From NCBI GenBank assembly GCA_010093605.1, contig MU004183.1, positions 1,612,001 to 1,676,000 of the forward strand: a stretch of DNA of 64,000 nt, written 5' to 3'. This DNA comes from Lophium mytilinum (Eukaryota). Positions 51,115 through 64,000 of the stretch are shown here, piece by piece. The position numbers were made by a program, and so were the translations under genes. The notes beneath the pieces were generated by a model. The model was not told where the DNA came from. It saw only the letters and a list, made by a program, of their open reading frames with translations, and did not search any database. Every line of letters begins with the position of its first letter. The stretch's first letter is position 1.

Positions 51115-54100
51115 GGTGGAAGTGCTTGGAGGCAGAGAGTTCGTGAGAGAGACGGGTGTGGAGGAGGTGAGGGCGCTGGTTCACCGCTGGTTTTGTAGGG
51201 AGAACAATAGCGTGATAGACAATGGGGTTAAGTTGCGGTCTGGGCGGCGGCGGCGATCGGACAGAAAGTTTGGCGAGACGTGAACTAGATTGGGTGCAAC
51301 GGTGAGCAGTGAGAGCTAATTGATGAGCGGAAGGGAGGTCGCTGGGCGTGTGTTATGAAGGACCTGAGTTCTCGGAGTCCGCAGGCTGCTCTTATAGTGT
51401 CAGACTCCGTGGTGGGCAGCTACTGTATCGCGTCCGGACCCTCAACAAATCGACTCGCCGTGGTGGGATTGACGCTCGAGCCGTCGGCCATCGTCGAAAA
51501 ATCCAACGCCTGCAGGGGCCCTTTGAAGCCCGTTCCCCGCAACGGTCAAGCGCCAGGAACGATTGGTGAATGCAGCCGACAATCGCCCACGGCACTGCCC
51601 TGCAGCATGCGCAACTGATGTGATTTGGACTGCATGTCACACTCGAGCAGGTGGAGTCGCACTCGTGGCACAGTGGCCTTTTCTCACTCCAAATCAACCC
51701 GGATATCGGGCCAAGGCTGCTCGTCGCAAGAAAAGCACCACCAAACGGTGCTCTCGGACCATGTCGTCACCTGCATGCTCCTCGCCAACCACAGCCTGAC
51801 GGACCTGCAGTCGCGCTGCTCCACTGGACGAACCCTCGAGCCGCGGGAATGCTTCAGACGTTCCGACCTGGTACCCATTCACCCCGCTGATTAACATGTC
51901 TAGAGTCCGACGGACTTTTGATACACTAGTTTGCTTCACGCTTTGGCCGTATCTCTGTGCTTTTATGATGTGAAAAGAAGCAGTCACGTTTAGTTTGTCT
52001 CTTGAGTGGGATATTTGATGTGGGATGTGAGCCTATTCCCTCAAGTCTGGTCAAGCTGAAACAGATCCCCCGGTGGCGTCCAGAGCTGAGGTTCTGCGGA
52101 TGATGTTTTTGTTGACTGTTCGTCTGATATCAGGACTGCTCGTTATAAGATCTCGGGCCCTCGTAGTTTCACAACTAGTCAATCAATCCTTCATCATGCA
52201 CTTCATCACAATCACAGCCATTCTCACTGGTCTTTTACCACAACCTAGACTTGTATTCACCACTAGATACATCGTTTCAGAGCATTTTTAGGGAGATATC
52301 AGTTTGTATGACATTGTCCCTTCTGACGATTGTCTAGCTGGCACCACGCCTCGAACAATAGTTTGAAACCGAGCTTGATATCGACTGCATGAGTCTACGT
52401 ATATTCTAGAATACAAAGCGTCTGGGATTGAAATGTATGTTTATTGCCAAGCAGCGAAGTACCCGGACATGAGTTCGCACACTCTTTTTCGCCACGGATT
52501 TTGATCTCCCTTCCTGAACTCGAATAAACTGCCGCACACCTAAACCGCTCAATTTGCGCCGTTCAGGCTTTTGGTCCCAGATATCGCACCGAAATACCTC
52601 AGGTGTATGCAAACTTCTGTCCAGGTAGAGCGCAACGAAGGCCACAAGTCGTTTGCTTGATCGAGTGTAGGTTCTTCTGATTGCGACTACAAGTCCGTCC
52701 TACAACAAATCGCTCGCTCAGGAGGACGTAGTGAGTCGAGCACATGGCCTTCGACTACTACTCAGTTGACGACCACACCCGTGCTGTGTTCGACATCATC
52801 ATTCCAGGAACTCGTTTCCCGCGTAAGATTTCATCTAACTGCCACTCACCACATCTGCCGAGCTCATCAAAACGACTGATCTGGTATGTGGAGCGCCACC
52901 CGGCCCAGTATTGTTGAAGGACCGGCAATACATCCTACAATGTCTTAAGGAAGCGCTCGACTGTGCTGGGAAAGGAATTTGACATGTAAGGAGCCCTAAT
53001 AACTCCGTACGATCATGCTAAACGGACGCGACAAACTGACGACTTCAAATCGCGGAAGACACACCACTACTCTATTCTCTGCTGGCCCGCTTGACTCTGA
53101 CGCTGTCGAACGCGGCATTAAGAGTCTGTTCTACCTACAGCGTGGTTGGTGGAATTTCGAATCGCGAGCACACGGCATGAATGATCTCATGCCGCCATAA
53201 GCAAACAACGCAGGACTGAAGGTTAATGAGGCATAAGAGTGTCGATATACGGCATATCTGGCTATAGGTGTCCATGATGAAACGGGCTTGATCAGTCTTT
53301 CATCAGCATCTAGCCCAAAGAGGAGTCGAAGCAGACGACGGGGAAGCTTGTATTGTTCCGTGGCTAAAGCCCGGGTGGGACGCAGATCTGTCAAACATTC
53401 ATCACTTTCCAGAGGCTTTTGGACATGGAAGGCGGGGCGACCACCCGCAGCGGGAAGGTCGCCAATAGTGGTCTGGATAGGGCAGACCCGCAACGAGTGA
53501 AGGGTAGAGTGCGAGGCCCACGACGGTCGGAGGCTGGGACTGGATGGCTGAACCTGCGCAGTGTTTCATGGCGTTTCAGCGTGCAGACCACCCACCTGCC
53601 TCACGCCGAGTAGATAGTGGCAGGCGAGGCAGCAAGCAGTCTTACCACAAGGTTTTCTGTGGCGAGTCGGCCTGCAGAATCTCCTTAGCCTACCGTGTCT
53701 GCTTTGCGAATGGCGCGCTGCACTGGGCTAGCTATATTGGAGTCGGTCCTGTCTAACGGGGCCCTGCGCGATCACCAGGGCCAAATCAAGGTTATCCGCA
53801 CCTGGGCATCGGCAAATTGAACCGAGTCAGCGTGAAAGAGCATGAGAATTGGTGGAGAGGAGGGGCCGAGAGACAGCGGAGGGTGCATTTGACAGTGTGA
53901 CAGTTTTAGAAATTGAGAGCAGAGGAGCAGAGGCGCGAGAGCACTGACTGTGAGTGACTGATGATGAGCACGGTGGTGATGAAGTGAAACGGAGCTTGCC
54001 GTAGAATATCGTTTGGAGAGCGCCCAGCCAAGCCCTCTCTCAACTCTGAAGCGCCGTCCATAGCACCACGACCCAAACACCCTCACCACCACCCTCGCTG

Positions 54101-54256
54101 GCTCGATCCCAATAACAAACACCTCAATCGCTTCCGGTCGCTGAGCCCTTCGATCGCTTTCTTCGCTGCCTCCGCCCTCGCGTCCCAGGGCCCGCACCGC
54201 GCCCATTATTGCCTCTAAGGGGGGAACGAGCCCGCTGAGGGCTGCCAGACGCTGCC

Positions 54257-56511
54257 ATGGCCGGGCGTGATCGCGACGAGGACTCTACGCCTCGCCAATC
54301 TATCAATCCAAATGTCTTCGACGACGAGTTTGCCATCGATGCCGACGACCTCGACTTTGGGATGGGTGTCGCCGATGGCTTCAGGCCGGGACACCCGTCT
54401 GGTGCGACACGAGATGACCAGGGACTGCAGAGAGCGCCGTCACGACAATCCAACTCAGAAACAACAGAAAATGGTGTGCGCAGGATGCCATCGCGAAACA
54501 GCACCGCTAAACCGCCTGCCACTGGAGACTCCTTTGCTATCGCGAATGATGGCGCCACCCCTGCTGTCCCGAACCGCAACGCCAACATCCACGGTCGAGC
54601 AGGCAGTTCACGCGCCAACGCCCTAATGCACCGCTCGTCTATCAGTTCCGAGTCCTCCTTCGCGACCATGGCTCGATCCGACAGTCCCTACGGCGTAGGC
54701 CCCAGCCATCCGTATGGCATGTATCCCCAAAACACCATCGCCCGCTCCTCAAGCGTGACGACATCCTCGACCATACGCCAACCTCACCGCTCCTTCTCAG
54801 CAAACCGTCCGACACATCCGTACGGCATGTACACCCAAAACGTGGCCGAAGACCAGGACGAGGAAATCGTCACACCAGCGCCAATAATACCGGTCGGGTT
54901 CCCAGGGCGAGATACAGGCTACCATAGGCAAATAGGACCGGACGGCGAGGAACAGGACATCATCGGTCCGGATGGGCACACAGAGCAGCTTCCGCCCTAC
55001 ACGAGATTCCCAGAAGAAGGCCCCACGAAGCACTCGCTCGCAGCGGAGCCATCCCCGAGTCCAGTAGCAACAGTCCCCCCTCGCTCAGGATCATCCCAGG
55101 ACGCTCTAGTGTCGCCGACCACTCCGTCAGAGCGGCAACATCGCGCAGACCCCTACGTTCTTCCTATGTCAGAGTCGTCTGGCTCGTCCCATAATGCTGA
55201 ATCCGGAATCACAGAGAAGTCATGGAGAGGCAGGACCTGGAAGGATATCAGGAGGAAAAGAGTACTGTGGGGCAAGATCCCGCTATGGGTGCTATTACTG
55301 TTCCTAGGTCTTGTCTTGATATTTGCCGTCATTCTAGGTGCTGCAATTGGGTCTTTCCTGGCTCGAGAGAAGATGCAAGCACACCAGCCCCCTCCGTAAG
55401 TGTCCTTTCGCCCTGTCCTAATTATGACTAACACTAGTGCAGTGAAAGCGTCGTGACTGTTGTCACAACCGCATCTATGTTTGATGCGTCACTTATTCCC
55501 ACGCCCTCTGGTCTTTCGCCTCTTCCCATGGGTACATTTGCTCTGCCAATAAGCGTGCCCCAAGAAGCGAGTGCAAATTGCCTCACGGTATCCAACCAAA
55601 CCGCTGCCTGGTCTTGCACCCTATCCTGGCCTGCTCTTCAACTCGTTGTGGCTCCGTATCCTTCCGAGAACTTGCCTTACGCCTCGTTAGTACCCATGGA
55701 TGAAGATGACCCCAAACTTCAATATGGGGTCCAGCCGCCGTCTATTCAAATGCAGACTCTCAGCCTCGTCAGTGATCAGGACTTCCCTAAATACGGCCCG
55801 GCTTTCCATTTCCAGGGTTTGTACGACAAGGTCGTCATCTTGAAGCCTGACCAATTCAGTACAGAAGCAGCGTTGCAAGCTCGAGATGACGATGAACCTG
55901 ACTTCCACCACCGTTTCCAGGTAGTGCCAGGAGACCAGCCGTGGGCCTGCTATTTTAATCAGACATTCATTGAGGGATACCTCTACGTCACGGACAACTC
56001 TTCGGCTGCAACTTGGACACAGTCGCTATCGTCTTCGACTTGCACCACGACGCCCTCAGCGCAAACACCATTACCATCCACAGATGCAGAGGCGGTCACT
56101 TCCGTATCAACTCCTTCATCTGCCACTACGCCAGCCACGCCTTCGTGGTCAGGGCCCTGGCCAAGTCAGTTCACGACGTATCCGACATCGATACCCCCCT
56201 TCCGGCCTCGAGATGACGGGCCCCATCTATTACCCTATCCTCGAGTTGTGAAGATAGAGGAGCGCCGCATTCCCGGCTCGCCCCAGCCAGTGTGCCAGCA
56301 GATGCGGCTTCTTGACAGCGGCCTCCTAGTCCCAGCTGTCAACAGCACTGGACAATGGATACTGATACCTCTTCAAGAAACAGACCCGACGATGCAGCAA
56401 TTCAGCCAGGCGGGCGCGAGTGCACCGGGCGCGAGTAGCTCGCCGTCGCCGGGCGTAAAGAAGAGGGATGACCCGTCCGGCGCGTGTCACTGCCAATGGA
56501 TGTTCCAATGA
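54257..56511 (+). CDS. Single-pass type II-like membrane protein of unknown function, 2 exons
   Basis: Disordered N-terminus with two 'P(S/T)HPYGMY' repeats and 'QDIIGPDGHTEQLPPY', a TM helix and a Cys-containing C-terminal domain ending 'CHCQWMFQ'. The intron at 55396-55442 restores frame. Confidence 0.8.
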
Positions 56512-57685
56512 TAAGCAATCCTGGAGTTTGCTCGATTCTACGTTCTATCTGTCAATATTAGAACGTAGTTCTGCGGTAAGAGCACATCATTGGGCTAGCG
56601 GTCATCAGCGATTCATTCTGGCGGCGTTAAACAAAGGCAAGGGCGTTGGTGACGAGCATTCATACCGAATGCTGTTATTTTTCCTTTCTTATGAAATCTA
56701 TTGAGCATTTGGGTTGCGGATACGGGAGTTAACGATACGGACATCGCGGCGTTTTTGTGTTCCCTTCCTTTATTATTGAAGACTGTCTCCATTGGGGGGA
56801 GAAACACCGGTCCTGCGACTTTTTCCATGTTTTTACTGGAACGCTTGCTGTTGGTCGTCTTGTGTATAATGCCAGCAGCAGGGTGTCTCATTCTTGGCTT
56901 TGTTTCCTTGTATTTGTTCCGCGGCGCAGACTACGAGGCGCTGTGGGTTCTACTTTGCTACGAGTACATTCCTGTCTGTAGGTGGACATGAGGATGGATG
57001 GATGGAAGGATGGATTGGGACGGAAATGGAATCCTAGGTGCTAGCTGGGTGGGAACGATATCCAGCTTGTATGGATAAGTAGCAATCAATAGACGATATC
57101 TTTAAATACTTGACGGCTGTGACGCCTTATTGCGAGCGTATGTCGTTGGTCTTATCGATCCTCATTCACTACCCAGTTGATTGGCTGGAGCATCCGGGTC
57201 CGACTGCTCCGGATGGCCTCATTCGTGTATCAGAACAGCTCATGTACAACTGCACACCTAATCAGAGTCTACTGCCTATAGTGGGCCTCAAACGTAGGCT
57301 CGATGAGATAATTTAGTACTGAACCACTCCCGCCATGTTAAGGTTAGGTTAGAAACGTTACCGACAGATACCGTTCGCCCCGGCTCGGTTGCGGAGGCAT
57401 GCCGATGCAACACACTCGGACAGTCTCTCTCTCCTCCCGGACCATCTCCCGCCCCGCATCTGCGATTGGTAATAGATGCTTGTACATGGCGCGTAATAGA
57501 TGACATAAATGCCCTTTAGGCCTGTCAATCGCTCTTTGAGACCCGAGTATCAAACCTAGGAGATTTATGATAGAGTACACTTCCCATTATCAAATCACAT
57601 CCGAATCATTAAACCTCGCTTTGACTCCCTCATTCCACCTTTCCGTATATTCAACTCTCAATATCTGTTCATCAATTGAATAATC

Positions 57686-58647
57686 ATGGCCCCCAAAACC
57701 GCCCTCATCATCGGTGCAGGCAAGAACATCGGCGCGGCCGTCGCGAAGTCGCTTAAAGACCAGGGCTACAGCGTCGCGCTGGTGAGCCGGAAGCCGGACC
57801 CCAAGGCCGCAGAGGCAAGCGGGTATACTGCATTTTCGGCGGACGTAGCGAAGCCCGAGAGTGTGCGGGCGGCGTTCAAGGAGGTTGGGGAGAAGCTGGG
57901 GGCGCCGAGTGTGGTTGTTTATAACGGTAATGCTTCTCTATAGTCCTCACTTCCTGTCACGGCTGGCTTAGGAAGAATTTGGAAAGTGAGATATGATATT
58001 AGTGAAGAGGAGATAAGTTGCGTGCTTGTGGACATGGCTGATATATGTTTTGTAGCTGCCGCATTCACCTTCCCAACGGACCCTTCAGACCCGTTCAGCG
58101 CCGGCGCAGAGGCTTTCGCGGCGGATGTAGCGGTGAATTCCGTTGGTGGCTTTGTTGCGCTCCAGGAGGCTGTGGCGGCGTTTAAGACGGTGGACGACGC
58201 ATCCACGCCGAAGGTGTTTATTGCGACGGGGAATGTGCTGCCGTTCAAGCCAGTTGTGTTTGCCGGGACGCTGGGAGCTGGTAAGGCGGCGCTTGCGCAT
58301 CTAGTGGATGTTTCGATTCAGGCGTTTGGAGGCAAGGGATACAGGTGAGTCTTCCGTCACAATTTTTGGTGGGATAGAGGGTGGAGCTGGTGTCTTTGGC
58401 CGATGGTGGGCCGGGTTGATGTTGGATTGCAGCGGCTGACAGTATGGCGAACAGGTTTTATTTCGCTTCGCAGGTCAATAAGGATGGGAACCCGGTGGAT
58501 TACCCGGAGCTGAGTGGAGAGGCGCATGCGAAGGTTTACGCGCAGTTGCTGGCGGAGAAAGAGCAGGGACCGTGGGAGGTGCGGTTCACGGGCGATACGC
58601 TGAGGTTTAAGGAAGATGAGGCTAAGGCTGCTATGAAGAACTTCTGA
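57686..58647 (+). CDS. Short-chain dehydrogenase/reductase (atypical fungal type), 3 exons, 240 aa
   Basis: Rossmann motif 'ALIIGAGKNIG', 'VVVYNAA' and 'FIATGN'. Exons 57686-57926, 58056-58344 and 58455-58647 are in frame. 'LGAGK' replaces YxxxK. Confidence 0.88.
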
Positions 58648-58839
58648 GGGAAAAAAACGTCGACAGATTATCCCTAGAGGAAAAGATTATACGGACAGGG
58701 CTGGGAACTACGAAAGAGGAAAGAGATACGATGTGTTCAACACTGAGCGGCAAAACTGTACAATGGAAAAGAACAACGCGGCTAGAGCCGGCTGCTAGTG
58801 ATTGATACTATATGAGGCAAGAATTTCTCCGGTACCTCT

Positions 58840-59460
58840 GTCTTTCGGGACCCCTAAACATTGCACTTTGGTGTGGTGGTAAAGCGTCTATGACGAAATA
58901 GTCAGGGTAAAAAAACCTTTCTTTGTAGGACGGGTTTTCTAGTAGGACTTTGGTCCGAGTTTTTTTGCCGGTCCAAGGTTCGATCCGCGCGTGAGTAGTA
59001 AAGGGCCTCTTTTTAGTATATTTTATAATTCCTTAGACATGAGATATAAATTAAAGATAGAAGGAAGCGCTCTATGTACCCTGATCTATTTTGCTTCCCG
59101 CTTATTCCTAAAGTAAAGAGAGTGGGTTATTAATATCACCTTAGGCGTCCACAGCTATATACGGCTTGCCATTCTTTCTCACATCCGTCCTTCGGGACCG
59201 CTACACTGCGAAGGTGGTGCAGTGACAACTGACGCACCGCCGTCTAGTACAAAAAAATCCTTCCTCGTAAGAAGGATTTTTTTAGTAGGACTTCGGTCCG
59301 AGTTTTTGTTTGACGATTCGGGATTCGATCCTCGCGTGCGGTAGTGAAGGGCTGCAACTTTTTGATACGAATTGCGATCACCTAGGCACGAAATATAAGA
59401 TGAAGAAAAGAGGAGCGGTCTATCTACCCATGTTTCGTTCACTTTCCATTCATGTGTTGA
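58840..59460 (+). repeat. Diverged tandem duplication (~347-bp period) of a structured, B-box-containing element
   Basis: Copies start at 58840 and 59187 (GTCYTTCGGGACC). They share TAGTAGGACTTYGGTCCGAGTTTTT, TTCGATCC and AAGGGC plus a T-run, and their downstream flanks also align. Confidence 0.7.
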
Positions 59461-59811
59461 GTACAGAGTGGAAGATTCACAAAAGGCGATCTTGGTATCA
59501 TTTCTAGGATATGACCCTCCGATATGCTGTGGTTTGATGAAATGCCTTACAAAACGACTACTGATCATCGAATCCACGGCGCAAAAACCTCGTGGGAATG
59601 TGCCTAGGATTTGCGATATTCGGACTTTCAACCTAATATATCAATGCTGCCTACGTAGGGTTCTTGTGAAGATGTATGTCAGAAATCTGATCGACACCGA
59701 ATTGGTCTTTTCATCATCCATTCTTAGTATACATAGAATACATTCCCTAAACAGACAGTGGTCCGGGGTCTATTTACCACATCAACGCGCGGATATAGTA
59801 CAATGAACATC

Positions 59812-60474
59812 TCAAAAGTTTTTTGACTCGAGATATTTAACGATCTGGTTCTTATACCAGCCCTAGAAGCAAGAATGTTAGCAAATTACGCCTGCCGACA
59901 TGTATTTAGCCCTCACCTTTACAACAACGTGCCCCGTGACCGGGTTTATGAAAGCGTGCCCCTTCGGTAGAGCCAACAGCTCACTAAGCTCGTCCCTTAG
60001 TTGTGTCGCATCACCGGTAATCTTCCTCACTGTCGTCAGATGCTTGTTCCCACCGGCTTTTGCGTCCTTATACACCGGGAGAAAGTTCGATGGCGTCCGC
60101 GCGACATGGAATTTGAGCTCTTTCTGTAGTTGAGATGCTGGGCTAGGGACTCTTTGTGAAGGGAGTGCCTTTAAAGAAGGTATAGGGGATGTGGGATTAT
60201 CCGCGTCTGTTGCTGCTTCTGCTGCTGCTATGTCGGCATCGCGAGATTGTGGAGGCGAGGGAGTTGAGGAAGTTGAGGCAGCGCTAGCTGAAGCCGACGG
60301 AGGTGATGCAGATGCTAGAAGAGTCAGAAGTTATGCGCAGGTCCGAAGTAATGAATGTATACCTTCAAGGCTTAGTCGCGAGGCGGTGGAAAAGCGGAGG
60401 AGATGTCGAAAGGAAGACGGCCTAGGGGGTCCCAAGGGTCTCAGAAACGATAGAACAGGCTGCGAAAGAGCCAT
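59812..60474 (-). CDS. IMG2: Mitochondrial large ribosomal subunit protein mL49, 3 exons
   Basis: Arg-rich presequence. Core 'FHVARTPSNFLPVYKDAKAGGNKHLTTVRKITGD...INPVTGHVVVK|GWYKNQIVKYLESKNF*'. Confidence 0.88.
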
Positions 60475-60750
60475 GATGGAATATGCAGCGTAAGACTCGG
60501 TCTCCTGGATCAATTGGATATGCGCCTAGCTGGTTGCGCGCGTTGTTGAGGGCGAAGCGTGGAGGGAGGTCTTCAACGAGGTGCTGTCGCTCCGAAGCTG
60601 CTGCTGCTCGTCGGCGCCCCAAATCAGATTTTAGCGAGCCGCACTTTAACTTCATTGTTTCCACGCCCCTCCACCGACAAGTCGCCCGCATCTCCCGACC
60701 GCCTCTTGAGCCTCTAACATTCGAGATCGAGTCGCCAGAATACGCCCAGC

Positions 60751-62175
60751 ATGGCAGACACCACCACCGACAGCGGGGAAGACATCGCGACCCAATACGA
60801 CCTTCTGCCGAAGCTGATCCAGAACCTGGACCGCCACCTAATCTACCCGCTGTTCAACTTCACCTATGGCGCCAACGAGGATGGAGAGCAGTCCCAGGAG
60901 AGCAAGGAGATATTCCTGCATCTGCTCAAGCCGACCAACATGATCGACTACGTGAGCCAGCTGGAAAAGGACGTGAAGGGCCTTGACGAAGTCCCCGCCG
61001 AGTACAGCACAAAGAGGGAGAGCACGCTAAAGACGCGGGACCGGTTGGAGCAAGAGACGGCCAGGATAATAGAGCTGTTGACCGATGAAACGGTCATCAA
61101 CGCGCTCAGGAGCGACAAGGTGGCCAACATGAACTACCTGAAGGAGAATTTCCAAGTCACAGACGAGATGGTCAACCAGCTCTGGGAATTTGGAAACTTC
61201 CAGTACAGCTGCGGCGTGTACGACCAAGCCGCTGAGCTCCTATACAGGTTCAGAGTCTTGGTACATTAACCCATATTCAACAAGTTCACAACTCCGGCTA
61301 ATTTAGAGGGCAGTCCACCGACAACGACAAGGTCGCCGAAGCCACCTGGGGCAAGCTAGCCTGCGAAATCCTCAGCGCGAACTGGGAGGCCGCCATGGAG
61401 GAGATCACAAAAGTGAAGGAGTCCATCGACACACGGCTCTTCAACAACCCTCTCGCCCAGCTCCACCACCGCACCTGGTTGATCCACTGGTCTCTGTTCC
61501 CTTTCTTCAACCACGACGCTGCGAAGGAAATCCTTACCGAGATGTTCTTCTCGCCCGCCTACATTAACACTATCCAGACAAACTGTCCCTGGATCCTCCG
61601 CTACCTCGCCGTCGCCGTCATCACGAACCGCAACCGCAACCGCAACTCGAATCAATATCAAAAGCAGCTCAAGGACCTCGTGAGAATTGTGCGACAAGAA
61701 GGCTACGAATACCGCGACCCTGCCACAGACTTCATCAAGGCGCTCTACATTGACTTTGACTTCGAGGAGGCACAAAAGAAGCTCTCGGAGACCGAAATCC
61801 TCCTCAACAATGACTTTTTCCTCGCCAACTCCGCCGCTCCTTTCGTGGATGCCGCACGCCATCTCATCTCGGAGACATACTGCAAAATTCACCAGAGGAT
61901 AGACATCAAGTAAGGCACAATCTAGCACTGATTTTCATTCCACTTAACTAACACTCTTCAGGGACCTCTCCACCCGCCTCGGCCTCACCCAAGACGAAGG
62001 CGAGAAATGGATCGTCAACCTGATCCGCGACACCCGCGTCGATGCAAAGATCGACTACCAAGCCGGCACCGTCGTCATGAACCACCCGCCCCAGTCCGTC
62101 TACCAGCAAGTGATAGAGCGCACCAAGGGCGGCTTCTTCCGGACCCAAGTCCTCAGCGCCGCTGTTGCGAAATGA
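60751..62175 (+). CDS. INT6: Eukaryotic translation initiation factor 3 subunit E (Int6), 3 exons, 439 aa
   Basis: '[19 protein letters not shown]', 'WGKLACEIL', '[13 protein letters not shown]' and PCI-domain '[16 protein letters not shown]'. Exons 60751-61260, 61314-61909 and 61962-62175. Confidence 0.96.
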
Positions 62176-64000
62176 AAATGAATATCCTTTCATCTTGCTT
62201 TCACTCTTGGTTTCTCGGGCATGTTTTTTCCTCGGCTTTGGGACGGCTCGCTGTGCTGTGACTCTTGCTTGCAGGGAGCAGAGCGGCGTAATGGTCCTTT
62301 TCACGCTTTGCTTGGGTTAGGGCTGGGTCTGCATGCATTGCGCGGGTGGATTGAAACCGTGTGTGTGCTTTGGAGGGCGGGGGAGCTGGGGGGCTGGGCT
62401 GGGCGAGAAAGAGAAAAGTGGGCAACACATGCTCACCTGAAGAGTATGAATGGACGATGAATGGCGGGAACGAATGGCTGATGAACATGGCCCTCAAGGG
62501 CCAGTCTCAAAAAGATGCCAAGCCTATGAGGGGGGCTCGGAGCTGGCAAAAAGCCTCCCTATCTAGAACTAGCAAATGAGGAAAGTAGATCTCGTATCTC
62601 TCCATAGCCGTACTATGAATCAACCGCGAACGTGATCCGCATTGCAGGTGGGGTGAACCACTGTTAGGTAGGTAGAGAAAATGAAGGAGGTGACGCCAAC
62701 CGGCTTCCCCGTTCTCGTGGCCCCCGCCCATCGCCTCATTCCTGTCTGCCGCAGATCTGACGCTTTGAGCATCGGTTCCGATGGCATGCTGTTGTCACCT
62801 AACCCTCTCCCTGTGGCCGCGTTCCATCTGAAGGGCTTGTGCCTCTCGGCGCGCAAGCCGGGCGATCAGATTGGCGATGTCGAAGATGAGATCGGCTGGG
62901 TATCCTGGAAGCGGCTTGCTCTTTCCGCTTCCGCGCGAGATGCGGCGGACAGGTTCGAGGGCGTGCTATGCGGACTTCGGGAGTTTGGGGCAGGGGGTGA
63001 GGAAGAGCCGGACGGTTGGGGCGCGCGCAGGTGAATGCGGGAAACGGGTAGGTGCTCCGTATGGGGTTCGATGATATATGGGTTGGTAGTTGGAAGGGAT
63101 TGGGGGATGCGCGTGGGGAACTGGGGTTCGCGGCGGCGGGTGGCGGGTGTTGTGTAAGGGATGCAGGGAGTTGTGGTCTGGGATACGGAGAGTGGGTTGA
63201 TGGAGTTCTTGTTGTTGGCATGGGGATAGGATCATTGGGTGAGAGTTTGAAGGGTGGAAGCGTGATCACCCGACGGGTTTTAGGATCTGATTGATAGGTC
63301 TGCGTACCTCAATTGGGCTTGATCGATAGTTGGGAGACGGAGTTCGATCCGCAGAGTGCGGGGCTTTGGGGGATCAAGGCTCATGTTTCACAGCAGTGCA
63401 AGCAAGAGACGCGTACCATACTGAAGATCGCAGCAAGACGAGGCGACTTCGTGGTGAGTGAGTCTTGTTGATCACTGCAGACGCCTGCCTGGTGCAAACC
63501 TTTGCTACACCATGCGGACCCTTCCGACTGCCGAACACAGATTGGCCTCTAGAATATGGGGAAGCACTTGCCTTCGAGACATCACGCGTGTTGCGGTGTC
63601 TTTTTGTTGCCACGACGGACAATCATGCCACTTTAAAGCCGACATTCACGACAGCACTGGGCTATGGTCACGACGCCTGAGCGGTCAAAGATCTTTTGCT
63701 TTGTGTTGAACACGTGGCTTGGTGCTTCCAGGTTGTTCACGTCGAGGGGGTGGCTTGCGGCAGGTAGCCGTGGGGACTGGTACCTGTGTACTTGGTACGA
63801 CGATGTGCGACGAGATGGCTGCCGGGATACCGAGTCTCTGGATAACGAAGGCCTGCGACGTTGAGTGGAGATTGTTCATGCAATGCGATAGTGTAAAGGT
63901 GATCCTCGCACCCGCATAGCCTGAGAGTCCTTTGTATGAGCATCCTATAATTGCTGCGAGCACGGTTGAAAAGGATTTAGAAGAAGCTTGATTGGAATAT

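Noticed and set aside
51300..53760. Numerous 60-120 aa ORFs between ERG13 and the membrane-protein gene
   Set aside because: They overlap on both strands without motifs, consistent with promoter/UTR sequence.
53955..53995. CTGATGA...GAAAC hammerhead-like core
   Set aside because: The intervening and flanking sequences do not form stems I-III.
56992..57018. (GGAT)n microsatellite-like tract
   Set aside because: Short imperfect simple repeat in a 3' flank; unremarkable.
62620..63294. Pro-rich minus-strand ORFs (e.g. 62799-63269)
   Set aside because: Low complexity, no recognisable domain and no convincing splice model. It could be a small or decayed gene, but I cannot support that.

Overview
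This is a 64-kb gene-dense stretch of a filamentous ascomycete genome (Pezizomycotina). The four-A-domain NPS2-type synthetase suggests a Dothideomycete. Short GT-AG introns occur throughout. The centre is an intracellular-siderophore locus: sidA (L-ornithine N5-monooxygenase, minus strand) is divergent from a ~5,416-aa ferrichrome/ferricrocin NRPS (NPS2/SidC type), and ATCWGATAA iron-repressor sites lie between them. Flanking genes include a pterin carbinolamine dehydratase, ERG25, a UFD1/zinc-finger/AZUL protein, TFB2, a 10-exon hot-dog thioesterase missed by the ORF track, an RRM protein, PER1, ERG13, an SDR, IMG2/mL49 and eIF3e. The most striking feature is a tRNA-Ala(UGC) gene (47329-47460, minus strand). 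It is split between nucleotides 9 and 10 by a 53-nt insert with spliceosomal (U2-type) intron signals (GTAAGT...GCTGAC...AAG), and it also has a canonical 7-nt anticodon-loop intron. Removing both gives an intact cloverleaf with the G3:U70 alanine determinant, and the insert carries its own A-box copy. Other oddities are an ERG25 start codon split by an intron (AT|G), a tandem pair of structured B-box-containing elements near 59 kb, and 5'-UTR introns in sidA. All splice models were derived by eye and are not validated by transcripts.
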